Assembly (NCBI GenBank): GCA_963705725.1
Contig: CAVPKM010000017.1
Location: 105,391-169,390 of the forward strand
DNA: 64,000 nucleotides
Direction of reading: 5' to 3'
From: an uncultured Gammaproteobacteria bacterium
Lineage (GTDB): Bacteria; Pseudomonadota; Gammaproteobacteria; UBA6002
In this document: positions 10,441 to 21,388 of the stretch, piece by piece
How positions within the stretch are numbered: the first letter of the stretch is position 1
Layout: each line of letters opens with the position of its first letter
Translations under genes and position numbers: made by a program
The notes under the pieces: model-generated
Database searches by the model: none
Told to the model about the DNA's origin: nothing
What the model saw: only the letters and a program-made list of their open reading frames with translations

Positions 10441-11106
10441 GTTCCAATCAATAGGGGGCTTCCCCTGATTAATCAGTATCTGATTGGTTTTCGAAAAATG
10501 ATGACAAGATTGAAAACCTTTTACTGAAAAAGGAGAAGGGTGAGCAGCCTTAAGAATGTAATGTTTTGTAGGGTCAATGATCTCTCCTTTTCGCTGAGCA
10601 TAAGCCCCCCACAGCAAAAATACTAAGCCATTTTTCTTTTCATCCAGCACAGTAATCACCCTGTCTGTGAATTGTTCCCAGCCTTTATTAGCATGGCTTT
10701 GCGGTTTGCCAGATTCTACCGTTAACACGGCATTCAATAATAATACCCCTTGCTCGGCCCATTTCATCAGGCAACCATTTTTAGGGGTGGAGACACCCAT
10801 ATCTGAAGATAATTCTTGAAAAATATTTTTCAAGGAAGGGGGCGGGGCAATCCCTGGTAATACAGAGAAAGCTAACCCATGCGCCTGCTTCGGACCATGA
10901 TAAGGATCTTGACCAATAATGACTACTTTCACCTTTTCAAGTGGCGTATATTTCAAAGCGTTGAAAACCTCGTTTTGAGGAGGATAAATAATTTTATGAA
11001 TTCGCTCCTGATGAACAAAATCAAGTAGCGCTTTGAAGTAAGGTTTTTCTTTTTCATCTGAGAGTTCACTTTGCCAAGAGCAAGAAATCGTGGTAATGGT
11101 TTCCAT
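10432..11106 (-). CDS. ung: Uracil-DNA glycosylase (family 1)
   Basis: GQDPYH, PPSL, VLLLN and HPSP motifs. Confidence 0.97.
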   Translation of the reverse strand: METITTISCSWQSELSDEKEKPYFKALLDFVHQERIHKIIYPPQNEVFNALKYTPLEKVKVVIIGQDPYHGPKQAHGLAFSVLPGIAPPPSLKNIFQELSSDMGVSTPKNGCLMKWAEQGVLLLNAVLTVESGKPQSHANKGWEQFTDRVITVLDEKKNGLVFLLWGAYAQRKGEIIDPTKHYILKAAHPSPFSVKGFQSCHHFSKTNQILINQGKPPIDWNLE

Positions 11107-11174
11107 TGTTTTACTCGTGCGTTAATACAGATTAAGGTATGATTCCTAACTTATATACCTCGAGGAGTCAGTCT

Positions 11175-13808
11175 ATGTTGAGTTTGAATAGCTTTGATAC
11201 CCTAAAAAAATTCTCTGTAGAAGGAAGCGACTATTATTATTACAGTTTGGCTTCGCTTCAAGAAAAATTTCCAAATATTGCAAGGCTGCCTTTCTCGCTC
11301 AAAGTTTTACTGGAAAATTTATTACGATTTGAAGAGGGTTCTCGGGTAACAAAGGAGAATATTTCAACGTTAGCGAATTGGGGAAAATCTTCAGCAGGAT
11401 TTCATGAAATTGCTTTTCACCCAGCACGCATATTAATGCAAGATTTTACAGGGGTGCCTGCCATTGTTGACCTTGCTGCAATGCGTGAAGCAATTCATAA
11501 TTTGGAAGGGGATCCAGATAAAGTGAATCCCCTCACACCCGTTGATTTAGTGATCGATCACTCCGTTCAAGTGGATTATTTTGGCAATGACCAGGCTTTT
11601 GAAAAAAATGTTAATTATGAGATGGCGAGAAATAATGAACGCTATGCTTTCTTGCGTTGGGGACAGGCAGCGTTTAAAAATTTTCGAGTGGTTCCTCCAG
11701 GAACAGGAATATGTCACCAAGTCAATTTAGAATATCTCGCTAAAGGAGTTTGGGTGAATGAGGAAGGAGAAAAACGTTTTGCCTATCCTGATACCTTGTT
11801 AGGAACCGATAGTCATACCACCATGATTAACGGTTTAGGTGTGCTTGGTTGGGGAGTGGGCGGAATTGAAGCGGAAGCCGCGATGCTCGGTCAACCGTTT
11901 TCAATGCTCATACCAGAAGTGATAGGTTTTAAATTAGTCGGAAAATTATCCAAGGGAACGACTGCCACAGATTTAGTGCTAACTGTCACGCAGATGCTAA
12001 GAGCAAGAGGAGTAGTGGGGAAATTTGTAGAGTTTTATGGTTCAGGATTAAAAGAATTAATGTTACCTGATCGCGCCACGGTGGCAAATATGGCGCCGGA
12101 ATATGGAGCAACATGTGGCTTTTTTCCCATCGACCAAATCACTTTAGATTATTTGCGATTGACCGGAAGAGATGAACATACATTAAAATTAGTCGAAGCT
12201 TATACCAAGGAGCAAGGCTTATGGCTGAATGAAGAATTAAATGAAGTAAATTATACCGACAGCCTTTACCTTGATCTAGAAAGTGTTGAACCCAGCTTAG
12301 CGGGTCCTAAGCGCCCGCAAGATAGAGTCAAATTGATCGACATGCCAAATACTGTCTCGCTTGCTTTATCGCAATATACTCCTTCTTCAGTTAAGCCAGT
12401 AAATGAATTAAATCATGGTGATGTAGTGATTGCTGCTATCACAAGCTGCACTAATACTTCTAATCCCAGTGTGTTAATGGCAGCAGGGCTACTTGCTAAA
12501 AAAGCCATTGAAAAAGGATTAAAACGAAAACCTTGGGTTAAATCTTCACTTGCCCCTGGCTCTAAAGTCGTCACCTCCTACTTGGAAAAAGCTAAGCTAC
12601 AACCTTATCTGGATGAGCTAGGTTTTAACCTTGTCGGTTATGGCTGTACCACTTGTATTGGGAATTCGGGACCGCTTCCTGAAGAAATTGCAGCAAAAAT
12701 TGAAGCCGATAATTTATGGGTGTGTGCAGTGCTTTCAGGCAATCGAAATTTTGAAGGCCGTATTCATCCCCAAGTTAAAGCGAATTGGCTTGCTTCTCCT
12801 CCATTGGTCGTCGCCTACGCCTTAGCTGGAACCACCCGCATTAATCTGTTGGAAGACCCTTTAGGCCTAAATGAAAGGGATGAAAAAATTTTCTTGCGCG
12901 ATATTTGGCCAACACCAGAAGAAATTCAACATGAAGTCAATAAAATTGATGTTGAGATGTTTAAAACGCAATATGCAGATGTATTTCATGGAGATAAAGC
13001 CTGGCGCGATTTACCGATAGAACAAAATAAAACCTATCATTGGGACATCAATTCTACTTATATTCAGCACCCGCCTTATTTTACGCAGAATAACGATTCC
13101 CATGTAATCGAAAATGCTCGCATATTGGCCTTATTCGGTGACAGTATCACCACTGATCATATCTCCCCTGCAGGTGCAATCAAGCCAGAGAGTCCGGCAG
13201 GGAAATTTTTACTAGAAAAAGGCGTTAACATTCCTGATTTTAATTCTTATGGTTCAAGGAGGGGCAATCATGAAATTATGATGCGAGGCACTTTCGCCAA
13301 TATTCGAATTAAGAATGAAATGTTAAATGGAATAGAAGGAGGATTGACTCTCTACCTACCAACGGAAGAAATATTACCCATTTACGATGCTGCGATGCGT
13401 TATTGTGCCGATGAAACCCCACTTGTTGTTATTGCTGGACAAGAATATGGAACGGGTTCTTCTAGAGATTGGGCAGCAAAAGGGACTCGCCTGCTGGGTA
13501 TTAAGGCAGTCATTGCTGAAAGCTTTGAACGTATTCATCGTTCAAATTTGATTGGAATGGGCGTGCTTCCGCTTGAATTTATAGCCAATCAAAATCGCAA
13601 AACTTTAGGATTCAAAGGTCATGAAATAATCAGCATACAACAAATTGAAAAATTCAGTCCAAGACAAGTTTTGCAAATGAGAATTAAGGATGAGAGAGGG
13701 GAAAGAACAATCGAGGTAATGTCAAGACTCGATACCCAAGAGGAGATTGCTTACTATCAAAGCGGTGGTATTTTGCGGCATGTTTTAAAGAGTCTATCAA
13801 TAAAATAA
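11175..13808 (+). CDS. acnA: Aconitate hydratase A
   Basis: QDFTGVP, DHSVQVD, TDSHTTM, SCTNTSNP, GCTTCIGNSG; GAGGAG precedes ATG 11175. Confidence 0.97.
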   Translation: MLSLNSFDTLKKFSVEGSDYYYYSLASLQEKFPNIARLPFSLKVLLENLLRFEEGSRVTKENISTLANWGKSSAGFHEIAFHPARILMQDFTGVPAIVDLAAMREAIHNLEGDPDKVNPLTPVDLVIDHSVQVDYFGNDQAFEKNVNYEMARNNERYAFLRWGQAAFKNFRVVPPGTGICHQVNLEYLAKGVWVNEEGEKRFAYPDTLLGTDSHTTMINGLGVLGWGVGGIEAEAAMLGQPFSMLIPEVIGFKLVGKLSKGTTATDLVLTVTQMLRARGVVGKFVEFYGSGLKELMLPDRATVANMAPEYGATCGFFPIDQITLDYLRLTGRDEHTLKLVEAYTKEQGLWLNEELNEVNYTDSLYLDLESVEPSLAGPKRPQDRVKLIDMPNTVSLALSQYTPSSVKPVNELNHGDVVIAAITSCTNTSNPSVLMAAGLLAKKAIEKGLKRKPWVKSSLAPGSKVVTSYLEKAKLQPYLDELGFNLVGYGCTTCIGNSGPLPEEIAAKIEADNLWVCAVLSGNRNFEGRIHPQVKANWLASPPLVVAYALAGTTRINLLEDPLGLNERDEKIFLRDIWPTPEEIQHEVNKIDVEMFKTQYADVFHGDKAWRDLPIEQNKTYHWDINSTYIQHPPYFTQNNDSHVIENARILALFGDSITTDHISPAGAIKPESPAGKFLLEKGVNIPDFNSYGSRRGNHEIMMRGTFANIRIKNEMLNGIEGGLTLYLPTEEILPIYDAAMRYCADETPLVVIAGQEYGTGSSRDWAAKGTRLLGIKAVIAESFERIHRSNLIGMGVLPLEFIANQNRKTLGFKGHEIISIQQIEKFSPRQVLQMRIKDERGERTIEVMSRLDTQEEIAYYQSGGILRHVLKSLSIK

Positions 13809-13841
13809 TGTAACTGCACAAATGCTAGAAGTCGCTAAACG

Positions 13842-15449
13842 TTACATGTCGACATAATTGGGTCCATCTCCGCCCTCAGGCGGGACCCAATTAATATTTT
13901 GCATAGGATCTTTAATATCGCAAGTTTTACAGTGAACACAATTTGAAGCATTGATTTGAAGCTGGGGCGTATTCTCTAGGTAAACAATTTCATAAACATT
14001 TGCAGGACAGTAACGCCCCTCTGGAAAGTCATATTTTTTTAAGTTAATTTCAATTGGAATTTTTGAATCTTTTATTTGTAGATGGCAAGGTTGCGGTTCA
14101 TTATAGTGAGTGTTGGCCAAATATACCGAAGATAATTTATCAAAAGTGACCTTATTATCCGGTTTTGGATAGGCAATAGGCTTGCAATTTTTTGCGAGCT
14201 TCAAGGTAAGGTGATCGCATAGATTATTAAATGTCCAAGGCGCACGACCATGCAACAAGTACAGGTCAAATGCAGTATAAAGTAATCCTCCCCATAAGCC
14301 GCGCTTGAAGCTTGGCCTAACGTTCCTGGCTCGATACAGTTCCTTCCCTACCCAGCTTTTTTTCAATATCGTTTCAAATTCAGTTAAATTTTTTTCAAGA
14401 TTATTTCGATTTTGATAAATGGTTTCAGCAGCTAGCATTCCTGATTTCATTGCAGTATGGGTGCCTTTAATTTTGGGAACATTTAACGTGCCTGCACTAT
14501 CGCCGATAATCATGGCACCAGGCACAGTTAATGTAGGCAGTGATTGCCACCCACCTTCTGAAAGGGCCCGAGCACCGTAACAAGTTCTTCTCCCATTTTC
14601 AAATAAGTGAGAGTGAGATGGATGAGTTTTAAAACGTTGAAATTCTTCAAAAGGATCGAGGTAAGGATTGGTATAATCAAGACCCATGATAAAACCAACG
14701 GCAAGTTGTTGGTTAGCGCTGTGATAGATAAAGCCACCACCATAAGTGTGCGAATCGAGCGGCCAGCCAACAGTATGTACCACTCTTCCAAGCTGATGGT
14801 GTTTAGCAGGTATTTCCCAAAGTTCTTTAATGCCAATTCCATAGGTTTGTGGCGAGCGGCCCTTGCCCTTGTCTAATTTGTGCTTATGAATAAGTTGTTT
14901 AGTGAGCGAACCTCGGCAACCCTCAGCAAGGAGGGTTTGTTTAGCGAGCAGGCGAACGCCTTTATCTTCACCCTTGCATCCTGTTTGCACGCCAATGACT
15001 TTTTCACCTTCATAAAGGAGCGCGCTACCCGCAAACCCTGTGAAAATAGTCGTGTTCAATTCTTCTGCTTGTTTGGCTAGCCATCGACAGAAATTATCGA
15101 TGCTGATAATCTCATTGCCTTTATTTTTCATTAGTAGAGGTATGGGTAAGCTAAAGGCTTGATTGGAAGAGAGATAATAAAAAACGTCTTCTGTAACTGG
15201 AGTGCTAAGCGGTGCATCCAGAGATTGCCAGTTTGGCAACAGCTCTAGCAATGCTTTGAGTTCTAAGACCGCACCCGATAACAAGTGCGACCCCACCTCA
15301 GCGCCTTTTTCCAAAACACAGATGGAAAGCGGCGCTGGATCATCTTTTGATAATTGCGCTAGGCGTATTGCAGCAGAAAGACCAGCAGGTCCTGCACCAA
15401 TAATTAAAATATCAAAGTTCATTTCTTCCTGGGCTTGGCCCTGTCCCAC
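13842..15449 (-). CDS. Electron transfer flavoprotein-ubiquinone oxidoreductase
   Basis: IIGAGPAGL FAD motif; C-terminal CPA..Y and NCVHCKTCDIKDP Fe-S motifs; likely GTG start at 15449 after AAGGAGG. Confidence 0.95.
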   Translation of the reverse strand: MGQGQAQEEMNFDILIIGAGPAGLSAAIRLAQLSKDDPAPLSICVLEKGAEVGSHLLSGAVLELKALLELLPNWQSLDAPLSTPVTEDVFYYLSSNQAFSLPIPLLMKNKGNEIISIDNFCRWLAKQAEELNTTIFTGFAGSALLYEGEKVIGVQTGCKGEDKGVRLLAKQTLLAEGCRGSLTKQLIHKHKLDKGKGRSPQTYGIGIKELWEIPAKHHQLGRVVHTVGWPLDSHTYGGGFIYHSANQQLAVGFIMGLDYTNPYLDPFEEFQRFKTHPSHSHLFENGRRTCYGARALSEGGWQSLPTLTVPGAMIIGDSAGTLNVPKIKGTHTAMKSGMLAAETIYQNRNNLEKNLTEFETILKKSWVGKELYRARNVRPSFKRGLWGGLLYTAFDLYLLHGRAPWTFNNLCDHLTLKLAKNCKPIAYPKPDNKVTFDKLSSVYLANTHYNEPQPCHLQIKDSKIPIEINLKKYDFPEGRYCPANVYEIVYLENTPQLQINASNCVHCKTCDIKDPMQNINWVPPEGGDGPNYVDM

Positions 15450-16908
15450 TGGGTGATCCTCCTTGACTCGCATTAGTAAAAGTTCCACCGCCTCTAGTAG
15501 GAGTGGAGGGGGGCGATGGTGATGTCCATTTAAAGAAACTAGTTAATGCATCACTTACTCCTACAGCAGTATCATCAATATAGGCCTTTGCGTTGTCAGC
15601 AAGCGTTGCAGAGTTAGTTTCCATATTCCTGATCCTCTCTGCAAGTTGCGTCCTTTCATCATCAGGTTTTGCCTTGATAACTCGCCAAATTAACTGACCT
15701 TGATCGCCATCAATTGAGGGTATCATGTCACAAGGCCTGCGAGCTACCTTCAGTTTCTCCCAGAAACTTAGACCAAATACTGGGATAAATATTCGTGCGA
15801 TATAGGTAAGAACAGCATCAAACTGGCAGTATTTTGCTTCCCAACTATAGCTCTCCTTTTTTAATTTTTCATTTTCACACATCAACTGCCTAACCCCCAA
15901 TTTCAATTTTCGATTTACCTCTAGAATCTCATCCATTGAAACTTCCTTAATAACTGCTTCTCCTGGTGTTGCCTTGTTGGCTAAGGGTTTCAGCGCTCTA
16001 AGTTCGGCTGCCGCTTGGTTATAGTTGTTTTCTGCTTGACGAAGTTTAAATTGATACTCGTTACGCTCACGAGTCAGCGTGGTAATATTTCTTTCTGCTT
16101 TTTGCAAATTATCTTGAGATGTGGCGAGCTGCCTACTCAGTTCTTGTTTGCTTTTAGAGGCAGCTGCTTCAGTTTGTTGTAATTTTTGAGTTAGATCTGT
16201 ATTTGATCTTTTAATTGTGACAAGCTCAGTCTGAAATTGTTGGTTGTGTGTTGTTAAATTTAAGTTTTCGTTTTTCAAATTTTCAATTTCAGCTTCTCTT
16301 CTCAAGCCTTCTTGTTTTAATTCTTCATTAGTGTTTAAAATTTGCTGACTTTCTTGTGAGGAGAGGGTTAAAGCAGTGCTTTGTTGAGCTAAATTCTTTT
16401 GTAAATTAGATAATTGTTTTTCTAATTCTTTGATTTTGTCATCTTTTTTTCCAATTTTCCCTTTCATTTTATTACGTTTTCGTTGCGCTTTCAGCTGTTT
16501 CTCTGTCATTTGATACACAGCTCGGTCATATCGAGATTCAACTTGCTCCTGAACGATCGCCAATTTACCATTGTAGTTATAATGATCAGAAGCAATTCTA
16601 CAGAGTTGATACAAATAACTTTTTTTTCTATTCCACAACCCTCGCTTAGAAAGTTTTGATAAGTCATCTAAGAATGGAAGCAGCATAAAGACTGCATCAG
16701 GAGCGCGAGAAGTTTTAACATCAGCAATTTTATTTTTTAATAAGCTAGCATAATCTTTATGGGATTGAGACTTATGTCGATTCAAATGAATATAATAATC
16801 CAGGCGTTCTTCAAGCTGATCTAGCCAGTTTGACTCTAAGCTCCAGCGTATTTCTTCATTATCTTTGACTTTACGAACCATGCTATAAGAAGGAAGGTGT
16901 TCTTTCAT
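15412..16908 (-). CDS. Coiled-coil hypothetical protein, effector-like orphan
   Basis: Long Q/E/K/L heptad region; GAGGA before ATG 16908; 3' end overlaps the ETF-QO start. Confidence 0.75.
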   Translation of the reverse strand: MKEHLPSYSMVRKVKDNEEIRWSLESNWLDQLEERLDYYIHLNRHKSQSHKDYASLLKNKIADVKTSRAPDAVFMLLPFLDDLSKLSKRGLWNRKKSYLYQLCRIASDHYNYNGKLAIVQEQVESRYDRAVYQMTEKQLKAQRKRNKMKGKIGKKDDKIKELEKQLSNLQKNLAQQSTALTLSSQESQQILNTNEELKQEGLRREAEIENLKNENLNLTTHNQQFQTELVTIKRSNTDLTQKLQQTEAAASKSKQELSRQLATSQDNLQKAERNITTLTRERNEYQFKLRQAENNYNQAAAELRALKPLANKATPGEAVIKEVSMDEILEVNRKLKLGVRQLMCENEKLKKESYSWEAKYCQFDAVLTYIARIFIPVFGLSFWEKLKVARRPCDMIPSIDGDQGQLIWRVIKAKPDDERTQLAERIRNMETNSATLADNAKAYIDDTAVGVSDALTSFFKWTSPSPPSTPTRGGGTFTNASQGGSPSGTGPSPGRNEL

Positions 16909-17068
16909 ATTATTTGTTTCCTCGTGCTTGTGAAAAAAACGTGAGGTATAGAACCGGTGACGGCGCATTGTAAAACAAGTCAGGGTTTTTTTACAGGGTT
17001 TTTTGATGGTTTATTGTATTTGAATTGAATTGCACTATCCTTGCTATATTCATCACCGGGAAGCAAAA

Positions 17069-17821
17069 ATGGAAAAAATTTTGGTTTGTATTAAGCGAGT
17101 GATTGATTTTAATATAAAAATACGGGTTAAGTCCGATCGGTCTGGTGTTGAAACTTCTCATGTAAGGATGTCAATCAATCCTTTCGATGAAATTGCTTTA
17201 GAACAAGCGATTCGGCTCAAAGAGCAGGGAGGAGCTAAGGAGTTAGTTGCGACATCAATTGGGCCAGAAGGTTGCAAGGAGGGACTTCGATCCGCATTGG
17301 CAATGGGCATGGATAGGGCTATTCATCTGAAAACGGATTGCTGTTATGAACCCATTAATATTGCAAAAATACTTGAACATCTGGTTGCAGTTGAAAGACC
17401 AGATTTAATTATTATGGGTAAGCAAGCCATTGATGATGATTGCAATCAAACAGCTCAAATTCTTGCAGCAAGATTGGATTGGCCGCAAGCGACTTTTGCT
17501 TCACAAGTGCAACTTGAGGATCAAACAATACGTGTGACCAGAGAAGTAGATGGGGGATTGGAAACTTTAGCGCTACTCTTGCCTGCGGTTATTACCACAG
17601 ACCTAAGATTGAATAAACCGCGTTTTATTTCTCTGCCCAATATCATGCGGGCAAAAAAAATGAATATTGACCAGTTAGCAGTCGACACGCTCCAACTTGA
17701 TCTCAAGCCACATCTCACGGTTAAAGAAGTCAATCCTCCAAGTAAAAAAAACCCCGGATTAATTGTCAACAGCGTCGCAGAATTAGTCACCAAGCTGCAT
17801 ATAGAGGCGAGGGTGATTTAA
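17069..17821 (+). CDS. etfB: Electron transfer flavoprotein beta subunit
   Basis: NPFDEIALE, GKQAIDDD, REVDGG motifs. Confidence 0.95.
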   Translation: MEKILVCIKRVIDFNIKIRVKSDRSGVETSHVRMSINPFDEIALEQAIRLKEQGGAKELVATSIGPEGCKEGLRSALAMGMDRAIHLKTDCCYEPINIAKILEHLVAVERPDLIIMGKQAIDDDCNQTAQILAARLDWPQATFASQVQLEDQTIRVTREVDGGLETLALLLPAVITTDLRLNKPRFISLPNIMRAKKMNIDQLAVDTLQLDLKPHLTVKEVNPPSKKNPGLIVNSVAELVTKLHIEARVI

Positions 17822-18771
17822 TGGGCATACTCGTCATTGCAGAACATGATAATAATGAGCTATCCCATACCACGCTTTCTACGCTTTCTGCAGGGCGCTT
17901 GCTTGAATCTCAAGTGGTGATCTTAGTGTTGGGCTATCAATGCCAACTCGTTGCGGATCAGGCAGCAAAGTTTTGTGGGGTAGAAACAGTAATGTTGATC
18001 GATGATCGTAGCTATGAACATCAGCTGGCTGAAAATTCGGCAAAAGTCATTGCCAAGATCGCAAAGGATTTTACTCATATATTAGCACCGGCTAGCACAT
18101 TTGGTAAAAATCTCCTTCCCCGGGTGGCTGGCTTATTATCGCTTAGCCAAATTTCTGATGTGGTACGTATTATTGATCAGGAAACTTTCATTCGGCCAAT
18201 TTATGCAGGTAATGCGCTGGAAACTGTTCAATCGCTTGATCCAATCAAACTCATTACAGTCAGAAGCAGCTGCTTTGAAGCAGCCAAGCAGGGTACAGGT
18301 AAAGCGTCCATTAAAAAAGAATCGATTCGATTTGAAAATAACAGTACTACTTTCATTTCCAAACAAGAAAATAAAAGTGATCGCCCTTTGCTAACCGCTG
18401 CAAAAATAGTGATTTCCGGAGGGCGCGGACTACAAAGTGCTGAAAATTTTAAACTCCTTACCCAATTGGCAGATCAATTAGGTGCAGCGATCGGCGCTTC
18501 GAGAGCGGCAGTCGATGCAGGCTTTATTCCAAATGATTATCAGGTTGGACAAACGGGAAAAATTGTTGCGCCCGATTTATATATTGCCATCGGAATTTCA
18601 GGCGCGATTCAGCATATTGCAGGAATGAAGGAAAGTAAGGTGATTGTTGCAATCAATAAAGATCCTGACGCACCCATATTTAGCGTAGCAGACTATGGGT
18701 TGGTCGGGGATTTCAAACAAATTTTACCAGAATTATCTCAGGCTCTGAGTCAATTAGGATATGGTGTGTAA
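17821..18771 (+). CDS. etfA: Electron transfer flavoprotein alpha subunit
   Basis: RPIYAGN, SGGRG, GASRAAVDAG, QVGQTGK, GISGAIQH motifs. Confidence 0.96.
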   Translation: MGILVIAEHDNNELSHTTLSTLSAGRLLESQVVILVLGYQCQLVADQAAKFCGVETVMLIDDRSYEHQLAENSAKVIAKIAKDFTHILAPASTFGKNLLPRVAGLLSLSQISDVVRIIDQETFIRPIYAGNALETVQSLDPIKLITVRSSCFEAAKQGTGKASIKKESIRFENNSTTFISKQENKSDRPLLTAAKIVISGGRGLQSAENFKLLTQLADQLGAAIGASRAAVDAGFIPNDYQVGQTGKIVAPDLYIAIGISGAIQHIAGMKESKVIVAINKDPDAPIFSVADYGLVGDFKQILPELSQALSQLGYGV

Positions 18772-18781
18772 GGACGAAGCA

Positions 18782-19897
18782 ATGATCATTGGCATTCCAA
18801 AAGAAATTAAAAAAGGAGAACACCGAGTAGGAATGACTCCGCAGAGCGTTAAGGAATTAGTGAAAAGAGGGCATGAAATCATTATCGAAAATCAGGCAGG
18901 TTGCGGTATTGGCTTTAACAACGAGGCTTATTTATTTGAGAATAAAGTGACCGTAGTGGATTTTGCAGAAGAAGTTTATCAGAGCGCGGAGATGATTGTT
19001 AAAGTAAAAGAACCCCAACCCAGTGAATATTGGCTTTTGCGTGAAGGCCAAATATTATTTGCCTACCTTCATCTGGCGCCTGATCATCAACAAGCTCGAG
19101 CGCTAATCGAATCTGGCTGCATTGCAATTGCCTATGAAACAGTAACAGATAAGCAAGGTGGTCTTCCCCTTTTAACACCCATGAGCGAAGTGGCAGGCAG
19201 ACTTTCTATTCAAGCTGGGGCCTATTGTTTGCAAAAAAATATAGGGGGCAAGGGAATTTTACTGGGTGGTGTGGCAGGGGTAAATCGTGCTAATGTAGCG
19301 GTAATTGGAGGGGGAGTAGTGGGAACTAATGCACTGCGAATTGCGCTTGGCCAAGAAGCACACGTCACCCGTACTTGACAAATCTTTAGCAAGATTACGG
19401 GATCTTGATCAGCAGTTTGGATCAGGTTTAACGACTATCTTTGCGACACAAAGTTCAATTGATGAACATGTACAGCAAGCCGATTTAGTCATTGGAGCAG
19501 TGTTAGTGCCCGGAGCTTCAACACCAAAATTGGTTACCCGTAAGCTGTTAAAAAAGATGCAACCAGGTTCCGTTATTGTGGATGTGTCGATCGATCAAGG
19601 TGGATGTTTTGAAACCAGTCGTCCGACCTCGTTTGATTGCCCGACCTATCTCGTAGATGACATTGTTCACTATTGTGTTTCAAACATGCCAGGTGCAGTA
19701 CCGAGAACGGCAACCTTTGCTTTGAATAATGCTACCTGCCCTTCATCATTGAAATTGCAGATTTAGGCTGTCAACAAGCTTTAAAGCAGGATGTCCATTT
19801 GCGTAATGGATTAAATATTTATCAAGGGCGAGTGACTCATCAGGTTGTGGCAAGAGACCTAGGTGAAGATTTTTATTCACCAGAAGAATTGTTTTAA
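18782..19897 (+). pseudogene. ald: Alanine dehydrogenase split by two frameshifts (~19370, ~19736); pseudogene or sequencing error
   Basis: IGIPKEIK..EHRV, KVKEP, MSEVAGR, DQGGCFETS, NMPGAVPRT; a third frame continues LPFIIEIAD...LRNGLN to TAA at 19895-19897. Confidence 0.9.
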
Positions 19898-19925
19898 GAA
19901 ATGAATTTATTGTAAAGGGGCTACC

Positions 19926-21303
19926 ATGTTAGATTGCTATGTAACTCAAGGGGACAAGGTCATCCCAATTCAAACCATTATCACCAAAGAATTTGATCGC
20001 TGGTTAAAAAAACAGCCAAATACGGTTAAGAATTGGGTAAATGTAACAAATTTTTCTGCTAAACCAGGAACGGTTTGTTACCTTGGTGATCAACATGGCG
20101 ATGTACAAACTATTTTGCTGGGAATTAATGATAGAGAAGACGTTTGGTCATTAGGTTACCTTCCCACTATATTAAAAGCAGGCATTTATAGTATTGATGA
20201 TCAATTTCCTGCTGAATTACAAGAATTAGCAGCGGTTGCTTGGGGACTTGGACACTATAGTTTTTGCTGCTATCGTGCTAATCCCACTAACTATGAAGCT
20301 AAGTTATTGCTTCCTGCAATTGTGATTATCCCCATCTTGAAAATACAGTAAAGGCCACTTATTTAATTAGAGATTTAATCAACATTCCTACAGAAGATCT
20401 AGGACCTGCACAACTTGCAGATGAAGCCAGCGTGCTTGCCGAAGAATTTGGCGCTAAAATTCGTTTAATTATTGGCGATGATTTATTAAAAAAAGGGTTT
20501 CCGGCTATTCATGCAGTGGGACGAGCTAGTACCAATGCCCCTCGGCTCATCGAATTACAATGGGGTAAAAAATTGATCCTCATATCGCTTTAATTGGAAA
20601 AGGCGTGTGTTTTGATACCGGTGGACTAGATATTAAAACTTCATTAACGATGCGTTTCATGAAAAAAGACATGGCGGGTGGAGCGCATGTGTTAGGACTA
20701 GCTAGAATGATTATGGCGGCGAATCTTCCTTTGCAACTTCGCGTTCTGATTCCAGCGGTTGAAAATTCTGTTTCCGGCTCGGCGATTAGACCTGGTGACA
20801 TTATTCAAATGCGAAACGGGTTGTTTGTAGAGGTAACGAACACCGATGCTGAAGGTAGATTAATTTTAGCCGATGCGCTCACTGAAGCGGCAAGTCAGGA
20901 ACCCGACCTTATCATCGATATTGCGACATTAACTGGGGCAGCAAGGGTGGCATTGGGTCCAGAACCTGGAGCAATTTTCACAGATTGCGATGAGATAGCA
21001 AAGGGAGTGCTGGAATGTGCAACAAAAGAACAAGATCCGCTTTGGCGATTACCCATCTATAAACCTTACAGAAATTTATTAGAAAGCACGGTAGCGGATA
21101 TTGTCAATGCTGATCTTGATTCAGTAGGCGGTGGTGCAATTATGGCTGCATTATTTCTTAATGAATTTGTACCTCATCCCATCAAGTGGCTCCATCTTGA
21201 TATCATGGCTTACAATTTGAAATACAAGCCTTCTCGGCCAATTGGTGGTGAAGCAATGGGACTAAGAGCACTCTTCCGGTACCTAAAACTGAACTATTGT
21301 TAG
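19926..21303 (+). pseudogene. M17 leucyl aminopeptidase (PepB-like) split by two frameshifts (~20318, ~20570)
   Basis: RDLINIP, IHAVGRAS, GKGVCFDTGG, MKKDMAG, NTDAEGRL and ATLTGA distributed across three frames. Confidence 0.9.
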
Positions 21304-21388
21304 CGTCTGCGAATTTCGCAGAATTTAGGATTTTTTCCTTGAGCATATGCTATGTTATTACTATGGCTTGAAATGAATTCAAGGAAAA

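Noticed and set aside
15412-15430. C-terminal RNEL resembling an ER-retention signal
   Set aside because: No signal peptide, and the residues are dictated by overlap with the ETF-QO coding sequence
16981-17004. Short direct repeat cagggtttttt x2 in the divergent promoter region
   Set aside because: Low complexity and no recognisable regulator consensus
19360-20580. Programmed ribosomal frameshifting in ald and the aminopeptidase
   Set aside because: Two shifts per gene, no consistent slippery site with stimulatory structure, and no precedent I know of for these families
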